Part shown: in pieces, positions 14,849-23,168 of the stretch
How positions within the stretch are numbered: position 1 is the stretch's first letter
Layout: every line of letters begins with the position of its first letter
NCBI GenBank assembly: GCA_018662305.1
Contig: JABJGI010000148.1
Coordinates: 1 to 62,711, forward strand
DNA length: 62,711 nucleotides
Direction of reading: 5' to 3'
Source of the DNA: Porticoccaceae bacterium
GTDB lineage: Bacteria; Pseudomonadota; Gammaproteobacteria; Pseudomonadales; GM7GCV1
The notes under the pieces: generated by a model
Told to the model about the DNA's origin: nothing
Database searches by the model: none
The model's input: only the letters and a program-made list of their open reading frames with translations
Program-made: the position numbers and the translations under genes

Positions 14849-15550
14849 ATGTATCCCTTGCGGTCGCTCTTGATTTTATTCTTCAGTTTTTCTGCTGCTC
14901 AGGCGTTTGCTCAATCCGAATGGGAAACCCCCAATGAGCAGGTTACCGGCGAAGAACTCTATGTCGCCTGTACTTTTTGCCATGGTCTGGAAGCCCAAGG
15001 GAATGATAGAAGAGACGGTCCGGCCCTTGCTGGACTGCAAGCTTGGTATATCGAAAAGCAGATCTACAATTTCAGAAATGGTTTGCGCGCGTACTCTGAA
15101 GAGGATATTCCAGGCAAGATAATGCATGGCAGCACGCCCATGATCAGAGACGAATTCACCATTAAGAGTATTTCCGAATACATAGCAGGACTTGAGCCCG
15201 GGCTACCTATGGCGAGAAACGCGGTAGGTGATAGGCCATTCGTTTGGGATTCTCCCTATGCGGGTTTAGATGAATCGATCGTTGGCGATGCCGCTGCTGG
15301 TGCCTCAACCTACAACGGTATCTGCATGATCTGCCATGGAGCTGAGGGTAGCGGCAATGAAGCGCTCGGCGCAGGCAGCTTAAAGTACCTCTCCGGTATG
15401 TATATGGAGCGCCAGCTGATGTATTTCAGAGATGGAATACGGGGAGCGCATCCGGAGGATGTAACTGGGCAGCAGATGGCGGCAATGGCCAAAACCCTAA
15501 CAACAGATCAAGCAATCGCCGACGTGGTTGCCTATATATTGGAGCTTTGA
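14849..15550 (+). CDS. periplasmic diheme c-type cytochrome (cytochrome c4-like), copy 1
   Basis: 233 aa. Signal peptide. Two CxxCH sites (CTFCHG, CMICHG), each followed by a W/M-Y-x-E-K/R-Q-x-x-x-F-R-x-G-x-R motif and a Met-rich distal segment. Confidence 0.8.
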   Translation: MYPLRSLLILFFSFSAAQAFAQSEWETPNEQVTGEELYVACTFCHGLEAQGNDRRDGPALAGLQAWYIEKQIYNFRNGLRAYSEEDIPGKIMHGSTPMIRDEFTIKSISEYIAGLEPGLPMARNAVGDRPFVWDSPYAGLDESIVGDAAAGASTYNGICMICHGAEGSGNEALGAGSLKYLSGMYMERQLMYFRDGIRGAHPEDVTGQQMAAMAKTLTTDQAIADVVAYILEL

Positions 15551-15588
15551 TTGTGAGACAGAATAGACAGTTCCGGAGTATCGAGACT

Positions 15589-16215
15589 ATGAAGAGTATA
15601 CGAACCTTGGCAAGCGCTCTTTTTGTTTTATGCGCACTAAACCTTAACGCCCAAACACCGGCAGAGGTGAAACTGGTTGCAGCTCTGGAAGAAGATAGAG
15701 GCTGGTGTCTTGATCTGCGTGGCGCACAGCAAAACGCAGCGCCCATAGGTGGCGTGCATGGACACACCTGTTATACCTATCAGGGCAATGGTGTGGCGCT
15801 TGATCAGGGGTTTTTTGTAGAGAACGTTCAGGAGAACAATGAGTTTCGGATGTCGGGATTCCCAGATCTCTGCATGACGCTCTACGAGCCAATAGCTGGT
15901 TCCTTTATCTCCATCGAAACCTGTGATGATCGTGCTTCACAAGACTTTGTATTGGATGAAAGTGGAAAGATTTATTCCGAGACGCATCCCGAATTGTGTA
16001 TGACTTTGGACGATTTTGTTCTACCCGGTGGCGGTGGTCGACCCTTGCATATCATGCGGGATGTCAGCTTCGAAGAATGCGGCAGCGTGGACAGTGTTCT
16101 ACAGACTTGGGAACTGCGGTCCGAGTGGAACGGCCTTGAAGAAACAACGCTTCCGCGACCTTACGAAGTTGGAGCACCTCCTCCAGGTGCGCCCGGAGGA
16201 ATGGGGGCTGGTTAG
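15589..16215 (+). CDS. secreted ricin-B/beta-trefoil-like protein, copy 1
   Basis: Start moved to MKSIRTLASALFVLCALNLNA. Three-fold internal pattern WCLDL / LCMTL / LCMTL with Q-x-F/W motifs (QDFVLDESGKI, QTWELR). Gly/Met-rich tail PGGMGAG. Confidence 0.5.
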   Translation: MKSIRTLASALFVLCALNLNAQTPAEVKLVAALEEDRGWCLDLRGAQQNAAPIGGVHGHTCYTYQGNGVALDQGFFVENVQENNEFRMSGFPDLCMTLYEPIAGSFISIETCDDRASQDFVLDESGKIYSETHPELCMTLDDFVLPGGGGRPLHIMRDVSFEECGSVDSVLQTWELRSEWNGLEETTLPRPYEVGAPPPGAPGGMGAG

Positions 16216-16224
16216 CCCCCTCAT

Positions 16225-17268
16225 TTAATCCGTCAGAAAGTGATACATCCCTAAAACATTCTCATTTAGCCAGTTGTATCCAGCCCAATGCGCAAAGTCT
16301 GGAATCTCGATACTGGTGCGCATTTCTTCCAGTGATTGCCCATCATCAATAGCCTGAGACACGGCGTCTTCCAATTGTTGAAAATAACCGCGCAGCTCAG
16401 CGATGCTATCTGCATTTCCAAGTGGGCCGTGGCCAGTCGTGACGTATTCGTAGTCTCTGGCAATCACTTCGGTTGATTCGATCGCCGCCATCCATTCTGG
16501 ATACATGCCATTTTCAAAATCCATCTCTCGGAAGGGGAGGCGTCCGAAGGTGATGTAGTCCACCAGGAACATTACGCTATCCTCGGGAAAGCTTATCCGG
16601 CTCACATCATCGGAATGATTCATCTCTCCAACCCAGGTGGCAGTGACTTGCTTTCCGCCCAGCTCGATTTTTAGATGCTCGGTATAGGTGATATTGGGAG
16701 GCTGTACAAATGATAAGGGGCCTCGAACAATTTCTGCTCCGTTAAGAAGGCGATCTCCGTTTTCGTCGAACGCATCGAACTGGAGTTGGGAGATACTGTC
16801 GCCCGCTTCACTTTGGTCAACAAAGCCGTCTCCGTTAGAGTCCAGCGCAGCAACTGGTGCGTATTGCCCAATTACATTGGATAGAGTTGTGCTTTCTGGG
16901 GGCATTGCCAAGTTCTTTAGCATATTGGCGTGGCCCACATATTGAGCGGTGTCTGCAAAGACAGCTCCGCCCGACGCGTGATCCCAGTGGTTATGGCTAT
17001 AAACGACATATCTTACCGGCAGGCCGAATCTGGTATCGAGCTCGGTTTTTAACCATTCAGCGAATTCGGCATTAAGAGGGTCACCCAAAATAATTCCCTC
17101 GGAAGTCACCATAAAGGCGGTATTGTGATTGTTGTTCTGAGCACGATACACATCGCCTGCAATGTGGCTGATCACGCGTTGTGGTGCATTCTGAGCGCTG
17201 GCCGTATTTACCAGAAAAAATAGGCACAGGCCGACAAAGATCAAAATTGAGTGGCACAGGTTTTTCAT
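16225..17268 (-). CDS. exported metallo-beta-lactamase-fold hydrolase with an inserted EF-hand pair
   Basis: Start moved to MKNLCHSILIFVGLCLFFLVNTASA (GAGGAAGGGGGA upstream). HNHWDH (HxHxDH). Insert DSNGDGFVDQSE and DENGDRLLNGAE. Distal TGHGP. Confidence 0.75.
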   Translation of the reverse strand: MKNLCHSILIFVGLCLFFLVNTASAQNAPQRVISHIAGDVYRAQNNNHNTAFMVTSEGIILGDPLNAEFAEWLKTELDTRFGLPVRYVVYSHNHWDHASGGAVFADTAQYVGHANMLKNLAMPPESTTLSNVIGQYAPVAALDSNGDGFVDQSEAGDSISQLQFDAFDENGDRLLNGAEIVRGPLSFVQPPNITYTEHLKIELGGKQVTATWVGEMNHSDDVSRISFPEDSVMFLVDYITFGRLPFREMDFENGMYPEWMAAIESTEVIARDYEYVTTGHGPLGNADSIAELRGYFQQLEDAVSQAIDDGQSLEEMRTSIEIPDFAHWAGYNWLNENVLGMYHFLTD

Positions 17269-17359
17269 TGGATTCCCCCTTCCTCGAATCGATATCAATC
17301 AGGGTAGCATCAGACAATCTGAAATATCCTATTTTGGTCTCATCCCTTAACGATTCTTA

Positions 17360-17405
17360 CCTTTCCCTCTTCCTTTCCCTCTCCCTCTCCCTCTCCCTCT
17401 CCCTC
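17360..17405. repeat. 46-nt pure polypyrimidine tract ending in (TCCCTC)x5; reads (GAGGGA)x5 on the minus strand
   Basis: Five perfect hexamers at 17376-17405 with degenerate copies upstream. Lies between the stop of 17422-17709(-) and the start of the MBL gene (17268). Confidence 0.9.
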
Positions 17406-17421
17406 GTGATATTTAAGTATC

Positions 17422-17709
17422 TTATATGACCCTAGATACCAGCACTAAGCTGGGAAAATAAAATGCTATGGACAATACGCAATCCACGGTTGTGAGAATT
17501 CCAAAATGATCTTGAAACCAAGGTTGTTTCCGTAAATAGAAATCTATACTCCAGACCACTGCAATCACTCCAGGAAGACCGAACACGCCCAATGACCAAT
17601 GGGTCGCGCCAACATCATGGATAAATTTGCCATAGAAAATTGTGCTCGAGTACCAAAATGCTAAAAAAATTAGCGTAGAAATAACAAGTCTAAGGGCGAC
17701 GTTTTGCAT
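17422..17709 (-). CDS. small integral membrane protein, unknown function
   Basis: 95 aa with three hydrophobic segments. No recognisable motif. Confidence 0.4.
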   Translation of the reverse strand: MQNVALRLVISTLIFLAFWYSSTIFYGKFIHDVGATHWSLGVFGLPGVIAVVWSIDFYLRKQPWFQDHFGILTTVDCVLSIAFYFPSLVLVSRVI

Positions 17710-17767
17710 TCAATTCCGCTTCTGATTTACCCAGTTGTCCGTTCCTGAAAATCCTCGTACAAACTTA

Positions 17768-18175
17768 TCAAGTGGATTGATTTGTAAAACCTACGAACAA
17801 CCAACAATCGTTGACCTCAGAGAATCGGTACTCGATGTTGAAGCCGCTGTCGGGACTACGAAAGATTACATTTATTGCACGCCCATTGTTTTCAGTGATT
17901 TGCTCAGCACCGATTGATATAGCGTAGTCATACGAGTCGATGAAAATATCGACATGTTTCTGCAACGAGGTCTGATCTAACACCTCTCGTCTAAGTGTTG
18001 GCTCATAGCCGTCATCCACAAGGTACGAATAGTTGAACGGAGCGTTAACCGGCTGCCCATTCAATAAATCGCCAAATATAGATTCTTCGTTGAAATCGCG
18101 AACACAATCCGCCTGAACAGAAACCATAGGGAGCGCAAAGATAAGGAGTGTAGAGAGGCTAACGTCACGATTCAT
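17768..18175 (-). CDS. secreted hypothetical protein
   Basis: 135 aa. Signal peptide LLIFALPMVSVQA. No recognisable motif. Confidence 0.4.
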   Translation of the reverse strand: MNRDVSLSTLLIFALPMVSVQADCVRDFNEESIFGDLLNGQPVNAPFNYSYLVDDGYEPTLRREVLDQTSLQKHVDIFIDSYDYAISIGAEQITENNGRAINVIFRSPDSGFNIEYRFSEVNDCWLFVGFTNQST

Positions 18176-18248
18176 GCTTAGCTTTCCATGTTGTGCTTGT
18201 CCAAGTGTGAGAAGGCATGAGAGCCTATGTTCCTATGCAATGCATTTC

Positions 18249-18764
18249 TTAGCCCAACTCAATTGGAGATGAGGCATATATTTCTGTTTCACACACAGCC
18301 AAACTCTTTCCGGGCTGCTTGATACATGTGAACGCTGGGATGGGTCTTCCAAGAATTTCAGACGCCTCTTCTCGATTCCCATCAGTATGACGCTCAGGCT
18401 GTTCCAACAAAATCTCTCCATCAGTTGTTCGGATGATGGAATAGCTGCTTTCGGAGCACCCCGTTCCACCGCACATATGATTCACGAGAATTACACTCTC
18501 ATCGAGAGAATTGGTAGTGCATGAAACCTGCAGGAAATCTTTTCTAACATGAAAGGGATAGGTTCTTTCGTTGTCGACGGATAAAACCACTAATGAAAAA
18601 TACGGATAGCTGCTTGTTGCGCTATTTAGAACTTGAACCTGGGAATCCCCACAAGGGATAGAATTTCCAGGGGCGACAGTCGTCTGTGCCGAACTATGGG
18701 AAGTCAGGAAAAAGAGCCAAAGTATTAGTAGATAGGAGATCGGCGAACAATATCGAATATCCAT
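18249..18764 (-). CDS. secreted hypothetical protein
   Basis: Start moved to MDIRYCSPISYLLILWLFFLTSHSSA, which avoids overlap with the GNAT gene. Cys-rich mature part. Confidence 0.35.
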   Translation of the reverse strand: MDIRYCSPISYLLILWLFFLTSHSSAQTTVAPGNSIPCGDSQVQVLNSATSSYPYFSLVVLSVDNERTYPFHVRKDFLQVSCTTNSLDESVILVNHMCGGTGCSESSYSIIRTTDGEILLEQPERHTDGNREEASEILGRPIPAFTCIKQPGKSLAVCETEIYASSPIELG

Positions 18765-18843
18765 ACTCACTGCTTCGTCCAAGTCTTGTTGTTTAATTCG
18801 CTCACGAGAATACATGAGATTACTTGAGAAGCTCTGCCAGCGT

Positions 18844-19317
18844 TCAGCGTTTTTGCGAATCATCATTCAGCAATTTAGAAAATAGAATAGTCGGAGGAGG
18901 GTCTCCTCCGTCCATTTCTGTGCCGCTAATCTGAAAGCCTTCTTGAATGTTCAAAATCATCATCTTTGGAAATGAATTTCGGGAATTAGTGAGAATTTTT
19001 TCGTATCCCTGTTCTTCACACCATTGGTGCTGTCGCTGCAACAATTCCCGCGCAATACCCTGTCTTCTGTATTCTGGCCGGACGCAACCCAACCAGCTAA
19101 AAAATGTGCCCTGCCATCTTTCGTAGCCAAGTTTGAACCCCACAACCTCGTTGGCGTTTTTGGCCAGTATCACCATGGGATGGGATTTAGTGCGAACACG
19201 CTCTGGAAAGTTCGGCTCTGGATATTGTTCGCCAAATGTCTCAGAGATAAGACGAGCCATGGCCTCAATTACAGAATCGGCGATGTCGTTTTGGTGCATT
19301 GTGAAGATAAACTTCAT
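18844..19317 (-). CDS. GNAT-family N-acetyltransferase
   Basis: 157 aa. Motif A VRPEYRRQGIARELL followed by GYEKI. Confidence 0.7.
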   Translation of the reverse strand: MKFIFTMHQNDIADSVIEAMARLISETFGEQYPEPNFPERVRTKSHPMVILAKNANEVVGFKLGYERWQGTFFSWLGCVRPEYRRQGIARELLQRQHQWCEEQGYEKILTNSRNSFPKMMILNIQEGFQISGTEMDGGDPPPTILFSKLLNDDSQKR

Positions 19318-19492
19318 CTAATGTCATATCTCCTTCGCTGTGGGCTTGGTATTAGCCAAAGTACCACGCACTAGAGCTCATGAGAATGCATGAAAAACCA
19401 AATTGGGAAAGGTCGTGCAACCTGTAATTGGTACCTTGATGGCAATAGATATAACCTGACAAGAATTCAATTTCTTCCGAGATAGAGGCGAC

Positions 19493-20353
19493 ATGCTTAA
19501 TCTTCTTGGCTTTGCTCGATCAAAAGCTATCTTGTGCATAGCTTCCGCGCTGGTATCAATTTCTCTCATTGGATGCACGAACTATCCAACGTCCGCCGGA
19601 ATCGAGTTAGCCGATGAGGCTGGTGCATCAAGAATCAATACACCAGCACGAATTCTTTCGGCCTATCACGGCCTGGATTCACTGCCTGCACTGGGTACGG
19701 GTCTTTGCGGGATACGGATTACCGGCGAGGATGGAATGCCCGTCGTCTTTTCTGTTCAGATTGATAACGATTCGATTTCGCCGGAGGTATTCGCAGTTGA
19801 AACTTCCGCTGAAGATATTGTGACACCAGTTTGCGCGACGCTTAGACCGGCAGTGGAACCTCTCGAGCAACGAACGATTCTTCTTGTCGGACCTTTTAGT
19901 AGCAGTGATTCACATCCCACTGGGGTGGAGGTAGTAGGGGAGCTCAAAGGTCGCAACGGCAATTCGCTGCTTGGATTGCGTATAGGAGAGGTCACTGCGC
20001 TCGCCGCTGGCCCAAGCCTGGTATTTGCCGAGCGGTTTTCGCCAAATACGCGGGGGATAGCAGGTGAGTGCCCGGAAGAATCAGTTCAGGCCATTCAACT
20101 AACCTGGGAAGGCGGGGTTACCGGGCCTCAGGGAGAAGATCTGGCTGAGGAGCAACGAACGGCTATCTCTGTGCTGCTCGAAAACGGTGATCTAGTGCAC
20201 CCGATCTCGCTTGGTGAAGATGATCCCGACAATCACATAATTGCCTGCTTGGCAGAAAGCAGTAGGGCTGTTTCGGTGAGTGTTCTGCCGGGATATTTCC
20301 ACGACCCGGGCGACGATGCGAATCCCGCTACTAGCATAGTGGTTGGCTATTGA
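19493..20353 (+). CDS. lipoprotein, unknown function
   Basis: 286 aa. Lipobox SISLIGC. Confidence 0.45.
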   Translation: MLNLLGFARSKAILCIASALVSISLIGCTNYPTSAGIELADEAGASRINTPARILSAYHGLDSLPALGTGLCGIRITGEDGMPVVFSVQIDNDSISPEVFAVETSAEDIVTPVCATLRPAVEPLEQRTILLVGPFSSSDSHPTGVEVVGELKGRNGNSLLGLRIGEVTALAAGPSLVFAERFSPNTRGIAGECPEESVQAIQLTWEGGVTGPQGEDLAEEQRTAISVLLENGDLVHPISLGEDDPDNHIIACLAESSRAVSVSVLPGYFHDPGDDANPATSIVVGY

Positions 20354-20356
20354 TCC

Positions 20357-21031
20357 ATGTGTGGTCGTTACAACATCATCGACGATCCAGTTATTCATGT
20401 ACTGCTGGATATTTTGGGGGTCGATCTCGGGCCTCTCCCGACTCGACTCAATGTCGCTCCAACCGAGTCTGTGCCCGTAATCCATCGGCATGAAGGCCGT
20501 AATCAATTGTCGGAAATGCGGTGGTGGTTAGTTCCTCATTGGTCCGATGGACCCTCACAGAAATACGCCATGTTCAACGCGCGATGCGAAAATCTTGAGA
20601 AAAGCAGGGCGTTTAAAGGGCCTTTCAGTCGACGCCGTGCGGTTATTCCGGCGAGTTCATTTATTGAATGGCAGAAACAGGAGGGCGGCAAGCAACCCTA
20701 TTTGATTCAGGCCGAAGATCAGGCGCTAGCCTTTGCAGGACTATGGGATTATTGGAGCGATGGCACTGACCACCTGCTCTCATGCACCATAGTGACCACG
20801 GAGGCGTCAGAGGCTTTTCGGCCGATTCATACAAGGATGCCAGTGATACTGGATCAGGAAAGTCTTGATATTTGGCTTGACGAAGAGTCCTCCCCGGAGG
20901 TGCTCAAGCCGATGTTCAAGCCCTTCGCTGGTTCGTTAATTGCGACACCGGTAGATCGAAGGATTGGTAATTCTCGATTTAAAGAAATGCCAGAGCCCTT
21001 AGGTGATTCCTATGAAATTAGCCAGAAATAA
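20357..21031 (+). CDS. SOS-response-associated peptidase (SRAP/YedK family, abasic-site processing)
   Basis: 224 aa. N-terminal MCGRY with catalytic Cys2, WWLVPHWS, and family-typical length. Confidence 0.75.
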   Translation: MCGRYNIIDDPVIHVLLDILGVDLGPLPTRLNVAPTESVPVIHRHEGRNQLSEMRWWLVPHWSDGPSQKYAMFNARCENLEKSRAFKGPFSRRRAVIPASSFIEWQKQEGGKQPYLIQAEDQALAFAGLWDYWSDGTDHLLSCTIVTTEASEAFRPIHTRMPVILDQESLDIWLDEESSPEVLKPMFKPFAGSLIATPVDRRIGNSRFKEMPEPLGDSYEISQK

Positions 21032-21165
21032 AAACTCACGAGATTGCTAGAGGATTTTTACAGATAAATAGGAGTCGCTTGAGGCATGCACTTGGTAACC
21101 GGAGAAATAGGGGAGCTCTATCAGAGGAGTTTGATTTCTCAAGAGGTTGATTCTGCCGAGTCTGA

Positions 21166-21915
21166 CTAATGGGTCATTGAGTAGATAACCGCATTGGTTC
21201 CCAGCCGAAACGCATCGGTTGAGGGTTTGAGTGGCATTGATCCGTCGCCGTACCAATCCCAGAAATTGGCCAGATCGTTATTGTGTCCCGCCATAATGGC
21301 CAGGCGGCCATCGTCGGTGTAAATGCCATAGTAGGTTATGCCGCCTCCAGGCACATACTGTGACATGGCTTGCAGGTTCTCCAGCGTTTCATGGGCGCGA
21401 AAAACAATGTGATTTTCGTCTATGGGCACAAAGACTCTTTCAGGAAATGCTCTGCGCACCTGTGATTCCATCTGATCCCACTGTCGAGTTCCATCGAAGT
21501 CGTCCATGATGATGGTGCCGCCTCTCAGTATGTATTCACGCAGATGCCTGACTTCAATCTCAGATAGCAGCATTTCCCCAGGCTCTGAAAGGTAGACAAA
21601 GGGGAAATCAAAAATTTTCTCATCGCTTAGGTCGACGATCTGGAAAGAGAATTCCTCGACATCAATAGAAGTAGACCTTTCCAGAAAAGAATTAAGGTGC
21701 CGATCTGAGCCCGGGTAGTTGTGAGACCAGCCGGGATAATTACTAAAACTGTTCGAGTTAAATCTCAGGCGTGCAACAACAAGTTCCGTGTTGGGCGGAC
21801 TATTCTGAGCGGTGCTTCGAAAAGAACCACCAAAAAACTGCGCTTGAACGGGCTGAATAAAACTGCCAAAGGCCACCCATATTGCGAAAATCAGAATATA
21901 TTGCAGTCGAGACAT
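21166..21915 (-). CDS. exported DUF4159-like protein
   Basis: 249 aa. Signal peptide. ARLRF...YPGWSHNYPGSDRHL...FPFVYLSEPGEMLLSEIEVRHLREYILRGGTIIMDDF matches my recollection of DUF4159. Confidence 0.55.
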   Translation of the reverse strand: MSRLQYILIFAIWVAFGSFIQPVQAQFFGGSFRSTAQNSPPNTELVVARLRFNSNSFSNYPGWSHNYPGSDRHLNSFLERSTSIDVEEFSFQIVDLSDEKIFDFPFVYLSEPGEMLLSEIEVRHLREYILRGGTIIMDDFDGTRQWDQMESQVRRAFPERVFVPIDENHIVFRAHETLENLQAMSQYVPGGGITYYGIYTDDGRLAIMAGHNNDLANFWDWYGDGSMPLKPSTDAFRLGTNAVIYSMTH

Positions 21916-22057
21916 AAGTCGGACATCTACGAAAACGTCTGGGGAAATATATCAGTCGGTTTGATAAGGGTCGAACCCGATACTCGATACTCAATACTCA
22001 ACAGATATTCACAAAGGCAGTGTAAAATCTGGCTGATTAGGTTTAGGAGGAGCTGTA

Positions 22058-23014
22058 GTGCTCGAATTTCCACAACCAGCAAAGGAAGATCCAAGAATCT
22101 TTATTGAAGATACGGATGCTTCTCTGCCTGAAAAACTCAATCCAAATACTCGCTACGCCTTTTTCAGCACCATTGCTACGGGTGGCAAATCCTTAATCAA
22201 ATCCTGTAAAGATCTCCACTTGGGGCGGACTATTGCTTACAAGACGCTTCGCCCCGAATTTGTCGACGATCCCATTGAGAATAATCGGTTATTAAGAGAA
22301 GCGCGTATCTCGTCAATGTTGCAGCACCCCAATACAGTTCCGACATATGAACTGGGGCGAGACAATCGAGGCAGCTATTACTTCACGATGAAGCTGGTGC
22401 ATGGCTATACCCTGCGCGAAATTCTCAACTATAGAGAGCGCTACGACTTGGGTCAGTTGATGGATGTTGTTATCCAAATAGGATTGGCCTTAGGTTACGC
22501 CCATTCCCATGGTGTTCTGCATAGAGACATAAAACCAGACAACATTCTTATAGGGCCCTTCGGAGAGGTGCTACTTCTCGATTGGGGGCTGGCAAAAGTA
22601 TGGAGTAAGGAAGGTGAAGCTGATCTGTCCGAGGCGGAAATTGACGAGTTTGATGCCGAGCAGGGAATGACGGGTCAAGGCAAGCTTCAGGGCACTGTCA
22701 TGTATATGTCACCTGAGCAAATTAAGCGCGACCCCTCTATCGGCTATTCATCGGATATTTACAGTCTTGGAGCCGTACTCTACGAAGTTCTGTCTGGTCA
22801 GACTCCCTTTACTGGGGACAAGATACAGGCGCTGTTGCTGCAGATAGAAAATGATGTGCCCGCCGACCCTCGAGAGGTGGCTGGCTTTGCTATACCCAAT
22901 GTACTTGCGACTTTAGCCATGAGTTGCCTGCAAAAGGACCCGCAAACAAGGCCTTCTTCAGCCGAGGAAGTTGTGCGCATTATGCGAGAGAATTGGCGTA
23001 TCTCGGAAAGCTAG
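22058..23014 (+). CDS. stand-alone Hanks-type Ser/Thr kinase catalytic domain
   Basis: 318 aa, GTG start 8 nt after AGGAGG. IAYKTL, HRDIKPDNIL, DWGLAK (in place of DFG), MYMSPEQ. No TM or sensor domain. Confidence 0.8.
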   Translation: MLEFPQPAKEDPRIFIEDTDASLPEKLNPNTRYAFFSTIATGGKSLIKSCKDLHLGRTIAYKTLRPEFVDDPIENNRLLREARISSMLQHPNTVPTYELGRDNRGSYYFTMKLVHGYTLREILNYRERYDLGQLMDVVIQIGLALGYAHSHGVLHRDIKPDNILIGPFGEVLLLDWGLAKVWSKEGEADLSEAEIDEFDAEQGMTGQGKLQGTVMYMSPEQIKRDPSIGYSSDIYSLGAVLYEVLSGQTPFTGDKIQALLLQIENDVPADPREVAGFAIPNVLATLAMSCLQKDPQTRPSSAEEVVRIMRENWRISES

Positions 23015-23168
23015 CGAGTGGTAATTCCTGTTTCTTCCTGGGCAATAATTCTTTCGTGGTTAGGCAAACTTAGGGATAGGCTAAAAATCTTTGTGTAAAG
23101 GATTGATGTCTCTAATAGACAGGAATCCCCGGAGAAAAATAGACTGCGGACTACCATAGGGGGAGATT

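Noticed and set aside
17360-17405. The hexamer repeat as a CRISPR array, and ORF 17181-17429 (…SLSLSLSLSLSL…) as a coding gene.
   Set aside because: The 6-nt units have no spacers, so this is not CRISPR-like. The ORF is simply the translation of the microsatellite and overlaps the MBL gene start on the other strand.
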